Part shown: positions 1-9,169 of the stretch, one piece after another
How positions within the stretch are numbered: position 1 is the first letter of the stretch
How the letters are laid out: each line of letters begins with the position of its first letter
Virus record (IMG/VR): IMGVR_UViG_3300036778_000095
Coordinates: 1 to 25,913 of that record
Origin: a virus
Lineage: Duplodnaviria > Caudoviricetes
DNA length: 25,913 nucleotides
Direction: 5' to 3' (one strand)
Translations under genes and position numbers: made by a program
Notes under the pieces: generated by a model
Told to the model about the DNA's origin: nothing
Database searches by the model: none
What the model saw: the letters and a program-made list of their open reading frames with translations, nothing else

Positions 1-126
1 TCACGCATTACAATGAAAATCACCCGCACAGCGCGCTGGGATATCACTCTCCGAGAGAATACCGGCGGCAGCGGGCATCGTTAATTTAAGATACAAAAGC
101 TGTCCGGAGATGGCGGGTCAAGATCA
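1..126 (+). mobile_element. Right end of an IS3-family (IS2-group-like) insertion sequence, truncated by the window edge
   Basis: Frame 3..89 reads THYNENHPHSALGYHSPREYRRQRASLI*, the typical OrfB integrase-core C-terminus (YN..HPHSALGY.SP.EY). It is followed by a terminal-repeat-like TGTCCGGAGATGGCGGGTCAAGATCA ending in CA at 126. Confidence 0.85.
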
Positions 127-142
127 CGTTTTAACGTCATGC

Positions 143-171
143 TAGCTTCTTAGCTTCTTAGCTTCTTAGCT
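143..171. repeat. Short tandem repeat (TAGCTTCT)x3 + TAGCT
   Basis: Read directly: tagcttct tagcttct tagcttct tagct. Confidence 0.9.
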
Positions 172-365
172 GTTTGCCGGTTCAAGCGGCATATGAAAAT
201 CAGAAAACATTATTGATTATCATAGGATAAGCAGCATCATTTTTCGGAATCGCCATTCTGATGCTAACATCCTGTAACATGTTAATAAAATGGTGTATCC
301 TTATTTCCATAGGAAAAATCCGCTTTAAAGCGGTTGCTGATTGTGATTATTAGTTTTGTGAGGCA

Positions 366-644
366 ATGGCAATGTGCGAAAGGATGTTTAAAAAAGATGT
401 TTATTCTGAATGGGTTATACGCAATAGCCTGTATTGGATGACTTCTCTTACTCAATGGAAGCTTTGTGAAGATATATCCTCCTGGACAATCTCTTTTGAA
501 AACGATAGTCCCGAATGCCTCTATGAATTCGAGAGGCTGCTGAATGATTACACTTTGCGAGAAAAACTACAGCATAAAACAGGGGCGTTGAGAGATTCTA
601 TTGTCCATAAAGTGCTTCGCAGTGTCGATGAAAGGCTTTCGTAA
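366..644 (+). CDS. hxsD: His-Xaa-Ser system protein HxsD-like small protein
   Basis: 92 aa. C-terminal 'FERLLNDYTLREKLQHKTGALRDSIV' resembles the LLNDYxLRE motif of HxsD. First gene of the cluster, TAATG overlap with the next gene, GAGG RBS upstream. Confidence 0.8.
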   Translation: MAMCERMFKKDVYSEWVIRNSLYWMTSLTQWKLCEDISSWTISFENDSPECLYEFERLLNDYTLREKLQHKTGALRDSIVHKVLRSVDERLS

Positions 645-2032
645 TGGAATTGATGCCATTCAATTTTGACAGATTGCCTAATGGACAGGTGTTTATAAGC
701 AATCTCGCTGGTTTTCATCACTTCATTGATGAGCAAGAGCTGCTTGATCTTTCTGATGAGCAAATCAATGCGGAACAATCAAACGCACTCGAAAGCAAGC
801 TATTTATAACTAACGAAATCTCATCGGCTATAACTCCCTATGCTTTAAGTTCTGCTTTTGCAAAACGATTGATGAATGAACTGGCGGTCAGGCCAATTTT
901 CATGATTGTGCCCACATTACGTTGCGACCATACCTGCAAGTATTGTCAGGTCAGTAGAGCTTCCGTGAACGCCTCTGGTTATGATCTAGATCCCGCTCTC
1001 ATCCCTGATATCATTTCAACTATCAAAAAACTATCGACACCACCTTACAAGATAGAGATACAGGGTGGAGAGCCACTCTTGCGGTTCGATTTAATTCAAT
1101 CTATCTATGAGCAATGTGCTGAAACGCTGGGAAGCACCGATTTTGAGATGGTTGTAGCATCAAGCCTGTCTGTCTTGAATGAGGATATGCTTGAATGGAC
1201 GAGAGATAGGAACATAACGTTCTCTGTTTCGCTTGATGGTGAGGAAGTTGTTCACAACAGTAATCGAATTCTTGGTCATGGGCTTGCTTACAGTAGAACA
1301 GTGTCAGGGGTAGAGGCTATCAAACGGTCTTTAGGCGCTGGTCGCGTTGCAACGGTTACTACAGTTACTAAAGATCTCATTAGGCATCCTGAATCAATTG
1401 TCCAGGCTCACTTGTCTCTTGGCCTCAAGGACATGTTTATCCGACCTGTTAGTCCCTATGGGTTTGCACAAAAAGCATCGTTCACATTTTCTATGGAGGA
1501 ATACTTCAGTTTCTATGCCTCGTTGATAGATGAAATCCTTAAGATGAATAATGAAGGGATAAGGGTTGTGGAACATTCGGCCTCCATTCATCTGAAAAGG
1601 ATCTTCAATCCCGGCTTTAGTGGTTATGCGGATTTAAAGTCGCCAAGCGGGGTCGTGCTTAACAGTATTCTTTTCAATTATGACGGTCGAGTATATGGTA
1701 GCGATGAGAGCCGTATGTTGCAGAAGGTGAACCCTGAAACGGAGTTCAGTGCGGGTGAGGTTAAAACGCTATCATTTTCTAAGAGTCCTTACTATAACGC
1801 AGTGTTGAGTTCATCGTTCAATTTTGCTCTGCCAGGTTGTGATACATGTGCATATCAACCATTTTGCGGTGCAGATCCATGCCAGAACATAAGTGTACAG
1901 GGTGAGCCTGTTGGTGATAGGAGTCGTTCAACGTTTTGTCAGTATCACAAGGGGATGTTCAGGTATCTGATGAACTGCATCTCAGAAGGTGGTCCGAAGG
2001 CTGAGATGCTAAAAGGATGGGCATATGTCTGA
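644..2032 (+). CDS. hxsB: His-Xaa-Ser system radical SAM maturase HxsB
   Basis: CxxxCxxC motif (CDHTCKYC), QGGEPLL, SLDG, and a C-terminal SPASM-like Cys cluster (CDTCAYQPFCGADPC...FC). Paired with a second radical SAM gene and an HxS-repeat ORF. Confidence 0.9.
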   Translation: MELMPFNFDRLPNGQVFISNLAGFHHFIDEQELLDLSDEQINAEQSNALESKLFITNEISSAITPYALSSAFAKRLMNELAVRPIFMIVPTLRCDHTCKYCQVSRASVNASGYDLDPALIPDIISTIKKLSTPPYKIEIQGGEPLLRFDLIQSIYEQCAETLGSTDFEMVVASSLSVLNEDMLEWTRDRNITFSVSLDGEEVVHNSNRILGHGLAYSRTVSGVEAIKRSLGAGRVATVTTVTKDLIRHPESIVQAHLSLGLKDMFIRPVSPYGFAQKASFTFSMEEYFSFYASLIDEILKMNNEGIRVVEHSASIHLKRIFNPGFSGYADLKSPSGVVLNSILFNYDGRVYGSDESRMLQKVNPETEFSAGEVKTLSFSKSPYYNAVLSSSFNFALPGCDTCAYQPFCGADPCQNISVQGEPVGDRSRSTFCQYHKGMFRYLMNCISEGGPKAEMLKGWAYV

Positions 2033-3137
2033 GGTTATTAGGAACGATATCTTTCATTTTGCTTCAAAAAAGAATGTGCCCACGGGGTTCTATCGGTTAT
2101 GCAAACAAAAACCAATGAACCCTTTATTCTTTTTGCCCAATTTACTTGTAGTTGCTGAAGGCAATAATGATGCCATTCAACCATGCTTTGATTTCTCTGT
2201 TATTAGCACTGAATTATATGAGTCAATTGAAGATGGAGATATTGGGATAATCAACAATGGCAATATGATACGCGTAATTCTATCCCGCAGAGCCAATCAT
2301 AATACTGTCTTAGTAACGGAACGCTGCAATAACTTGTGTCTGTTTTGTTCGCAGCCACCAAAGAAATCAAATGATGACTGGCTACTTACCCAATCAGCTC
2401 TTGCTATAGCTTCATTTGGTTTGGATGGAGTTGTTGGGGTCAGTGGTGGAGAACCTTTGCTGTATGGAGATGATTTCCTTCACTTCATTGATTTTATCAT
2501 CGAGAATTCACCAGATACTGCTTTGCATGTTTTAACAAACGGACGCAAATTTGCTGATATCAACTTTACTCAGGAAATGGCAAAGCGAAGCAAAAAGATC
2601 AAAATCACCTTTGGTATCCCGCTCTACTCATCAAGACCACTTGTGCATGATCATCTGGTAGGGAGTGATGGCGCATTTAATGAAACGGTTAAGGGGTTAA
2701 TCAATGCAGGAAACTCAGGGATTAATATCGAACTTAGAGTTATTCCGACACTGGCTAACTATACAGAATTGGATGATATTGTAGAGTTCGTTGGCCGAGT
2801 GTTCTCCAACATTAATCAGATTTCCCTTATGGGGCTGGAATCTATCGGTTGGGCGCGAAAAAACTGGTCAACAATCTTCATTGAACACAGCAGCTATAGT
2901 GAGAAAATAACCTCCGCTATAGACGCTGCACACAGGTCAGGTATACCTCTAACAATTTTTAATTATCCTTTGTGTCATCTTCCTGAAAGAGCCTGGGAGC
3001 TTGCTGCTCAGTCGATCTCTGATTGGAAAAATTACTATCCTAAAGAATGTGATGAATGCACTCAGAAGTCTTCCTGTGCTGGTTATTTCAGTTCCTCAAC
3101 AGGCCGTTTTCATCAACCACCGAGACCAATTTTATGA
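2025..3137 (+). CDS. hxsC: His-Xaa-Ser system radical SAM maturase HxsC
   Basis: TERCNNLCLFCSQPP radical SAM motif, SGGEP, LTNGR, and C-terminal SISDWKN..CDEC....CAG. 8-bp overlap with hxsB. Confidence 0.9.
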   Translation: MSEVIRNDIFHFASKKNVPTGFYRLCKQKPMNPLFFLPNLLVVAEGNNDAIQPCFDFSVISTELYESIEDGDIGIINNGNMIRVILSRRANHNTVLVTERCNNLCLFCSQPPKKSNDDWLLTQSALAIASFGLDGVVGVSGGEPLLYGDDFLHFIDFIIENSPDTALHVLTNGRKFADINFTQEMAKRSKKIKITFGIPLYSSRPLVHDHLVGSDGAFNETVKGLINAGNSGINIELRVIPTLANYTELDDIVEFVGRVFSNINQISLMGLESIGWARKNWSTIFIEHSSYSEKITSAIDAAHRSGIPLTIFNYPLCHLPERAWELAAQSISDWKNYYPKECDECTQKSSCAGYFSSSTGRFHQPPRPIL

Positions 3138-3769
3138 AAAAATTTAATTTTGCTGCTCTACTTCCGGGATTTTTGGCACTTAATAATTCTGTATGGGCAA
3201 GTGATTCATCTACCGGAGCAAGTGATTTGCCTGGTATGACTCTTAATGAACATGATTTAGTGATAGCACCACTTAACACCGAAGTTCCATTCTACATTGC
3301 AGGGCATCGCAGTCATAGCTCCCACCGGAGCCATAGTTCTCACCGATCATCATCAGGTGGCGGGTACTATGGTGGCAGCACTCCTTATTATCCAAAAACA
3401 TACAGCTCACCAAGCTCATCGGGGTCTTCAAGTTCAGGAACAAGTTCCTCATCGTCCTCTCCATCTGTGCGTTCGCTTCGTTCTAACGACAATAATAACT
3501 CTACTACTACGAATTCAGTTGGAACGACAGAAGCTAACCGTGCAAGTAATGGGTTGACTTCTGGTACAGAGAAGCGTAAGCGCTTAATCATGCGGGTTCA
3601 ATTCGCTTTGCTGGACAAAGGTTATTACAACGGGAATATTGACGGCATAATGGGTCCTTCCACAAGGCAATCAATAAAAAATTATCGTATTGCGAACGGA
3701 CTACCAACACCTGCAACTGAAACACTGGATACTCAATTATTGAACTCGTTAAATATTTTGGCCCGCTAA
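3134..3769 (+). CDS. hxsA: His-Xaa-Ser repeat precursor HxsA with signal-like N-terminus and C-terminal peptidoglycan-binding domain (211 aa)
   Basis: ATG at 3134 overlaps the hxsC stop (ATGA). MKKFNFAALLPGFLALNNSVWA leader, HRSHSSHRSHSSHRS (3305-3349), Ser/Gly-rich linker, then VQFALLDKGYYNGNIDGIMGPSTRQSIKNYRIANGL, a PG_binding_1-like motif. Confidence 0.88.
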   Translation: MKKFNFAALLPGFLALNNSVWASDSSTGASDLPGMTLNEHDLVIAPLNTEVPFYIAGHRSHSSHRSHSSHRSSSGGGYYGGSTPYYPKTYSSPSSSGSSSSGTSSSSSSPSVRSLRSNDNNNSTTTNSVGTTEANRASNGLTSGTEKRKRLIMRVQFALLDKGYYNGNIDGIMGPSTRQSIKNYRIANGLPTPATETLDTQLLNSLNILAR

Positions 3770-3832
3770 TTATGTTGAATATAGAGTAATGTTGTAAGCA
3801 ATAAAATTTTTGAAAAGGGTTGGTCTATTACT

Positions 3833-5944
3833 ATGTATATTAAGAAATTATCCATCAGAAATTATAAAAACTTTCGAAGCTCGAATTTCTATTTTGTTAA
3901 AGATTCCGTTAATACAATCATTGGCGAAAACGCCTCAGGTAAAACCAATTTATTCAATGCCATGCGATTGATTCTGGATGATTCTCTTCCAATGAATTCA
4001 CGAATACTATTGAATGAAGATTTTTATCATGGGCTAAATGAACCTTTCGGGCACTGGATCGTTATTACATTATATTTTGATGACTTAAGTGAGTCTGAAG
4101 AAGAACAGGTGATCGCAAACTATACAATAAATGATGGTAATGAAAAGAGTACTAAAGAAGGGAACTATACATTTATATATCGCCCAAGATACCATATTCG
4201 ACAAAAGTTGTTTGAATTAACGTCCGATTATGGGAGTATCCAATCCAGAAAGGATGCCTTTGAAGAATTAAAATCAAATCATATAATATCTAAAGAAACA
4301 TACGAGGCAATTGCATTTGTTAGAACAAAAATTGATTTCAATGATGACGAAACGTATATAAAAGTAGTTGGTGATTTCAGTAATTATATTTTCTCAAATC
4401 CAAAGGAAGATGATGCAGCGGTGATAGGTGTAAAAAAACCGCCATATTTCGCCTTGGGTAGTGAGGTTGCTTGTACATATGTCAAAGCGCTTAGAAATGT
4501 GGTTGCAGATTTAAAATATTATAAGACCAACCCTCTCTATAAATTACTTACCTTGAAAAGTAAACAAATAGATGACAGAAAAGATATTGTTGATAATGTA
4601 AAAGAAATTAATGAAAAAATCTCATCTATACCAGAAATTGAAAGACTAAGTAATAAAATATCTACATCTTTACTCAACACGGTAGGTTCAACCTATTCAC
4701 CTAAGATATTAGTTTCATCGCAACTACCTGAAGATTTTACTGAACTAATTCAATCACTTGGATTGGTGGTTGAGGATTCTTTAGACTATGATGGTTCGGG
4801 TAGAATCGATGATTTGAGTCTTGGTGGTGCAAATTTGATTTATCTTGCTTTAAAACTATATGAATATGAAGAAATTAGGGATAGCGAAGAACATATAACA
4901 CATTTTTTGTTGATTGAAGAGCCAGAAGCACATATTCATAATCATATTCAGAAGACACTTTTCGATAATTTTAATTTTAAAAACACACAAGTATTTGTAT
5001 CAACGCATTCGACACAAATCAGCTCTGTATCTAAGATATCTTCAATGAATATATTAGCTCGCCAATGTGGCTACACTGATGTATACCATCCCTCACTGGG
5101 CTTAACACCGAAAGAGATTTCTTCTATAGAGCGGTACCTTGATGCCATTCGAAGTGATCTATTATTCGCTAAAAGTGTCATTCTCGTAGAAGGTGATGCT
5201 GAGCTTATTCTTATACCCGCAATGATAAAAGAAACTTTGGGTATTAGCTTAGATGAGTTAGGGATAAGTCTCATTAAAGTGGATGGAACTGTTTTCAAAC
5301 ATGTTTCTAATCTTTTTCACGAAAAACGTTTGAAAAGAAAGTGTGCTATTCTGACAGATCTTGATTCGGCTTATGTTAGTGTCGCTGACGATGAGTTTGA
5401 TGATAAGTTCGTTCAATCTTTAGAGGCTGCTGAAGATGATGGTTTACGAAGAAAAAATGAATTAGACAGTTATATCGAAGGTAATGAATTTGTTTCGGTA
5501 TATTATGCTGAAAATACCTTTGAAACAGAACTGGTTCGATATGATGATAACAAAGACTTGTTTATTAAAGTGATGAGGACTAATTACGAAAAGGACGCCT
5601 ATTTTAAAAAAGCTGAATCTGATGTAAATTCATCAGACCACAGGATTCGATATCGAAGGGTTCTAAAGTTTGCAAAAAAAATAGGTAAGGGCTGGTTAGC
5701 TACAGAAATGATAGAACACCTTAGTGTTGATAACCGTGTTCCTGATTATATATTACAGGCTATTAAGTTTGTCATTCGTGATAGAAACGTCGAACTAATA
5801 TATCAAAAAATGCTTGATTATAATATGTCTTTGATGGGAGCTAAAGAATTTGATTGCATAAATGAAGTAAATAGTTTTACAAGCAAAATGACGGAATATA
5901 AGAAACACTTCAATGATAGCTTTGTAAGATTATTGGAGCTATAA
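3833..5944 (+). CDS. gajA: OLD-family ATP-dependent nuclease (ABC ATPase + TOPRIM), Gabija GajA-like
   Basis: Walker A GENASGKT, Walker B/D-loop LLIEEPEAHIH, H-loop STHS, TOPRIM LVEGDAE and LTDLD. Sits 3 bp upstream of a UvrD helicase. Confidence 0.8.
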   Translation: MYIKKLSIRNYKNFRSSNFYFVKDSVNTIIGENASGKTNLFNAMRLILDDSLPMNSRILLNEDFYHGLNEPFGHWIVITLYFDDLSESEEEQVIANYTINDGNEKSTKEGNYTFIYRPRYHIRQKLFELTSDYGSIQSRKDAFEELKSNHIISKETYEAIAFVRTKIDFNDDETYIKVVGDFSNYIFSNPKEDDAAVIGVKKPPYFALGSEVACTYVKALRNVVADLKYYKTNPLYKLLTLKSKQIDDRKDIVDNVKEINEKISSIPEIERLSNKISTSLLNTVGSTYSPKILVSSQLPEDFTELIQSLGLVVEDSLDYDGSGRIDDLSLGGANLIYLALKLYEYEEIRDSEEHITHFLLIEEPEAHIHNHIQKTLFDNFNFKNTQVFVSTHSTQISSVSKISSMNILARQCGYTDVYHPSLGLTPKEISSIERYLDAIRSDLLFAKSVILVEGDAELILIPAMIKETLGISLDELGISLIKVDGTVFKHVSNLFHEKRLKRKCAILTDLDSAYVSVADDEFDDKFVQSLEAAEDDGLRRKNELDSYIEGNEFVSVYYAENTFETELVRYDDNKDLFIKVMRTNYEKDAYFKKAESDVNSSDHRIRYRRVLKFAKKIGKGWLATEMIEHLSVDNRVPDYILQAIKFVIRDRNVELIYQKMLDYNMSLMGAKEFDCINEVNSFTSKMTEYKKHFNDSFVRLLEL

Positions 5945-5947
5945 TTT

Positions 5948-7699
5948 ATGCCATATAGAAACTTAACTTCAGAGCAAATGGATGCTGTAGAATTTAACGA
6001 TAATTTATTATTAACAGCATGTCCAGGATCAGGTAAAACTAAAACATTAGTCTCTAAACTTTGTTATATTTTGGAAAACAAAGAATTTTTAGGTATAGGT
6101 AAGAAAAAAGTAGTAGCCCTGACATATACTAATGTTGCAGCAGATACCATTCTTGAAAGAATAATGTCATTTGGTATAAATAGTGATTCATTATGGATTG
6201 GCACTATACATAGCTTTTGTCTAAATTGGATTATAAAACCCAACATAGATAGAATTCCTAGGCTTTGTAAAGGCTTTAATATAATTGATGAGCACGAAAA
6301 AGAGTTTCTATTAAATGATTTAAAGGAACAATATGATTTATCCCCTTATGATAAAATTGATACAATTTTAGATTTCAATTTTACACCCATATATTGTCGT
6401 GATATTCCTGAGTATAATGTAGTGAAAGCATATCATGCGTATTTATATGAGAACAGATTAATCGACTTCGATCTTATTTTGAATTTAACATGTAATTTAT
6501 TATCAAAATATGATGTACTTTGTGAACGTTTATCTTTACTTATGGGATATATTTTAGTCGATGAGTATCAAGATACTTCTCTTGTACAGTATGAGATCTT
6601 AAGGTTAATAGTATCAAAGAAAAATACTGTGGTTACCTTTATTGGGGATAAAGAACAAGCTATATATACAGGATTGGGAGCAGTTGTAAAAAATAAGAAT
6701 CAACTACAAGATTATTTTGACCTTAAAGAATTGACTGAAATGAGGCTGACAGGCTGTTTTCGTAGTAGTCAATTAATTATTGATTTTTACAAAAAGTACA
6801 AGGATGATGTTTATCATATAAATTCAGTTTCAGAAATTAAAGAATTTCCTTCTGTGATACTAAAAGAAAGGAATGTTGATATAACACAACTTTCTATTTA
6901 TGTAGCTGGTATAATTAAAACTCATTTGGAACAAGGCATTCATCCAGGTGAGATTGCTGTGTTGTGTCCAAGCTGGTTTGATGTAATAAAACTATCGAAT
7001 GAGATTATATCTTCAAATCCTGAGATTGAAATCGACGGAGTTATGATATCACCAATACCTAAAAACAATGAAAACTTGTGGCTTAATCTTATCAAGCTTA
7101 TTTTAATTAAAAGAAACCCATCTAATTACATCGTTAGACAAAAATTATTTCGTGATTTATTAGTGGAGCTAAAAATGTTAGCTCCAAATATAGAATCAGA
7201 ATCGCCTAAAAGAATATTAAAAGAAGTAAATAAAATAGCATTTTCATTAAATTATGATTGTCATATTGAGATTTGGTTAAACGAACTCATCACACGCTTC
7301 TGTGATTTTATAGAATTAGATATGAGTAATGATAGTTATCCCTATAAGGAAATGGTTTCTTTAGTTAATGCCACTAAAAAAAGAATGGATAAATATAAAA
7401 TGAACTATAAAGCAAATGATCTTCACTCTTTTTTTAATTTTAAAAGCGGGGTAAAAATAACCACTTGTCATTCTACGAAAGGTGATGAGTATGAGGTTGT
7501 TATTTGCACGGGTTTATTGAACGGAAAAATACCGAACTGGAATGATATTATAGAATGTAGTGCAGAGCATCAAAATTATGTTGCTCGTAGACTATTGTAT
7601 GTTATTGCATCGCGTGCAAAGAAACATTTATATATGATATCTGAAACAGGTCATAAAACTCAAAAAGGTTATCCATACAAGATCACTCCGCAACTTTAA
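5948..7699 (+). CDS. gajB: UvrD/Rep-family SF1 helicase, Gabija GajB-like
   Basis: ACPGSGKT, LTYTN, TIHSFC, VDEYQD, GDKEQAIY, FRSS, TCHSTKGDEY and RRLLYVIASRAK helicase motifs. Coupled to the OLD nuclease gene. Confidence 0.8.
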   Translation: MPYRNLTSEQMDAVEFNDNLLLTACPGSGKTKTLVSKLCYILENKEFLGIGKKKVVALTYTNVAADTILERIMSFGINSDSLWIGTIHSFCLNWIIKPNIDRIPRLCKGFNIIDEHEKEFLLNDLKEQYDLSPYDKIDTILDFNFTPIYCRDIPEYNVVKAYHAYLYENRLIDFDLILNLTCNLLSKYDVLCERLSLLMGYILVDEYQDTSLVQYEILRLIVSKKNTVVTFIGDKEQAIYTGLGAVVKNKNQLQDYFDLKELTEMRLTGCFRSSQLIIDFYKKYKDDVYHINSVSEIKEFPSVILKERNVDITQLSIYVAGIIKTHLEQGIHPGEIAVLCPSWFDVIKLSNEIISSNPEIEIDGVMISPIPKNNENLWLNLIKLILIKRNPSNYIVRQKLFRDLLVELKMLAPNIESESPKRILKEVNKIAFSLNYDCHIEIWLNELITRFCDFIELDMSNDSYPYKEMVSLVNATKKRMDKYKMNYKANDLHSFFNFKSGVKITTCHSTKGDEYEVVICTGLLNGKIPNWNDIIECSAEHQNYVARRLLYVIASRAKKHLYMISETGHKTQKGYPYKITPQL

Positions 7700-7775
7700 T
7701 ATCATATCCGTAGTAATAATTCTTAGCATAGTAGTACGGATTATATAGCCTTAATTTTCTAGGGGGCTTCTCGTC

Positions 7776-9005
7776 TTAAGCAGCAGAAGCTTTGAATCTT
7801 TGAGCTTGAACGTAATCACTCCACCATTGCATCAAATTCTGTCGCTCTATCAGATATTCTGCACGATTGTATGCTGCGATAATTTCATCTTTTTTAGAGT
7901 GAGCAAGTGCTGCCTCAAGAACTTCAGATCTGAACTTACCGGATTCTTCTGCCGCTGTTCTTGCAATAGAACGCATACCGTGAGCTACAAGCTCACCTCC
8001 AAATCCCATTCGGATGATAGCTGCATTGGCGGTTTGTTCATGCATATGATTAAGCGGCGCTTTAATGCTGGGGAAAACCCATTCTCTATGCCCACTTATT
8101 GATTTCATTAATTCAAGGATGCGCAAAGCTTCTTTACTTAAAGGAACTTTGTGAGGCTTTTTCATTTTCATGAAATCAGCAGGAATGTTCCAAATGCTGT
8201 TGGTTGTATCAATATCAGACCACCTTGCGCGAACGGCTTCACCCGGACGAACCCATGTCAACAATTGCCATTCAATTAGCATACGTGTTTCCAACCGGAT
8301 TGACGCATTCGTCAAAGATTCCATAAACCTTGGCAATTCGCTTTGGGGAAGGGCAGGCATATTTTGCTTTTTGGGTTTACTGAATCTTTGGCCAAGGTTG
8401 TCAGCTGGGTTGAACTCAATAAGTTCTTCAGTGGCTGCCCAACGGAAGATTTCATTCAGACGGGAAATGATGCGGCGTAGAGTTTCCAATACGCCTCGAT
8501 GCTCAATAGGATCAAGGTGTTGTTTTAAGAGCTTAGGTCGGATCTCATTGATAGGGACATTACCCAGACCAGGAAAGACATTTCTCTCTAAGCTGCGCCA
8601 GATGTCTGCTGCATGGTCTTGTGAGATACCTGAGGTCTTTACCTTCTCATCTAACCATTTCCGTGCTACGGCTTTGAGAGTGTGCTCAGTAGCACTCTTT
8701 AATGCCTTCGCCTTATCGTTGTTATGGACTTGGGGATCAACACCATTTGCCAGAAAGGAGAGATATTCGTCTCGTAAGGCTCTGGCTCTTGCAAGGGTAA
8801 GGTGAGGATATGTCCCAAGGCTCATTTTGGTTCTTTTCTTGCTCACTGGTACTGCATACCTGAAATACCAATTTTTCTTGCCTCCTTTTGCCAAAGGAGC
8901 GATTCGTAGAATCAAACCATCGCCGTCAAATAAGTTGATTTCTTTATCGGCTGGCTTAGTGCTTTTGATTTCAGTGTCAGTGAGCTTCTTAGCGATTTTT
9001 GCCAT
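7776..9005 (-). CDS. P4/CP4-57-type tyrosine integrase
   Basis: N-terminal arm-binding domain (LTDTEIKSTKPADKEINLFDGDGL...LGTYP.LTLA.AR) and catalytic residues in VRPGE, HGMRS, LAH and AAYNR. Lies just downstream of an ssrA 3' end. Confidence 0.93.
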   Translation of the reverse strand: MAKIAKKLTDTEIKSTKPADKEINLFDGDGLILRIAPLAKGGKKNWYFRYAVPVSKKRTKMSLGTYPHLTLARARALRDEYLSFLANGVDPQVHNNDKAKALKSATEHTLKAVARKWLDEKVKTSGISQDHAADIWRSLERNVFPGLGNVPINEIRPKLLKQHLDPIEHRGVLETLRRIISRLNEIFRWAATEELIEFNPADNLGQRFSKPKKQNMPALPQSELPRFMESLTNASIRLETRMLIEWQLLTWVRPGEAVRARWSDIDTTNSIWNIPADFMKMKKPHKVPLSKEALRILELMKSISGHREWVFPSIKAPLNHMHEQTANAAIIRMGFGGELVAHGMRSIARTAAEESGKFRSEVLEAALAHSKKDEIIAAYNRAEYLIERQNLMQWWSDYVQAQRFKASAA

Positions 9006-9057
9006 TTGGGACCCTCGATTTTTGGACCCTTCTTAGTGGGTCCCATTCAGGGTGCCA
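9005..9057. promoter_or_regulatory. Cluster of four GG(G)ACCC-like repeats (two direct, two inverted), probable integrase arm-type sites
   Basis: TTTGGGACCCT 9005-9015, TTTGGACCCT 9021-9030, GGGTCCCA 9038-9045, AGGGTGCCA 9049-9057, between the att site and the integrase start. Confidence 0.5.
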
Positions 9058-9101
9058 TAACTCGTAGTTCTCAGCAATTCTCACTGGACGACAATAGACG
9101 T

Positions 9102-9135
9102 AAAAAAGCCCGCAGAGCTTGTGCTGTGCGGGCTT
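9102..9135 (-). terminator. Rho-independent terminator downstream of the ssrA 3'-end copy
   Basis: Minus strand AAGCCCGCACAGC-ACAA-GCTCTGCGGGCTT followed by a T-run. Confidence 0.85.
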
Positions 9136-9169
9136 AGTAGACTTCATTGTACTTCAAACAACTAAAAAG

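Noticed and set aside
3056-3133. Longer N-terminus of HxsA given by the ORF track
   Set aside because: It overlaps hxsC by 82 bp. ATG 3134 gives ATGA coupling and a signal-like start.
8170-8805. 211-aa plus-strand ORF and other antisense/alternate-frame ORFs in the track (e.g. 17738-18256, 16548-17030, 24116-24562)
   Set aside because: They are shadows of well-supported genes on the opposite strand, with no recognisable motifs or RBS.
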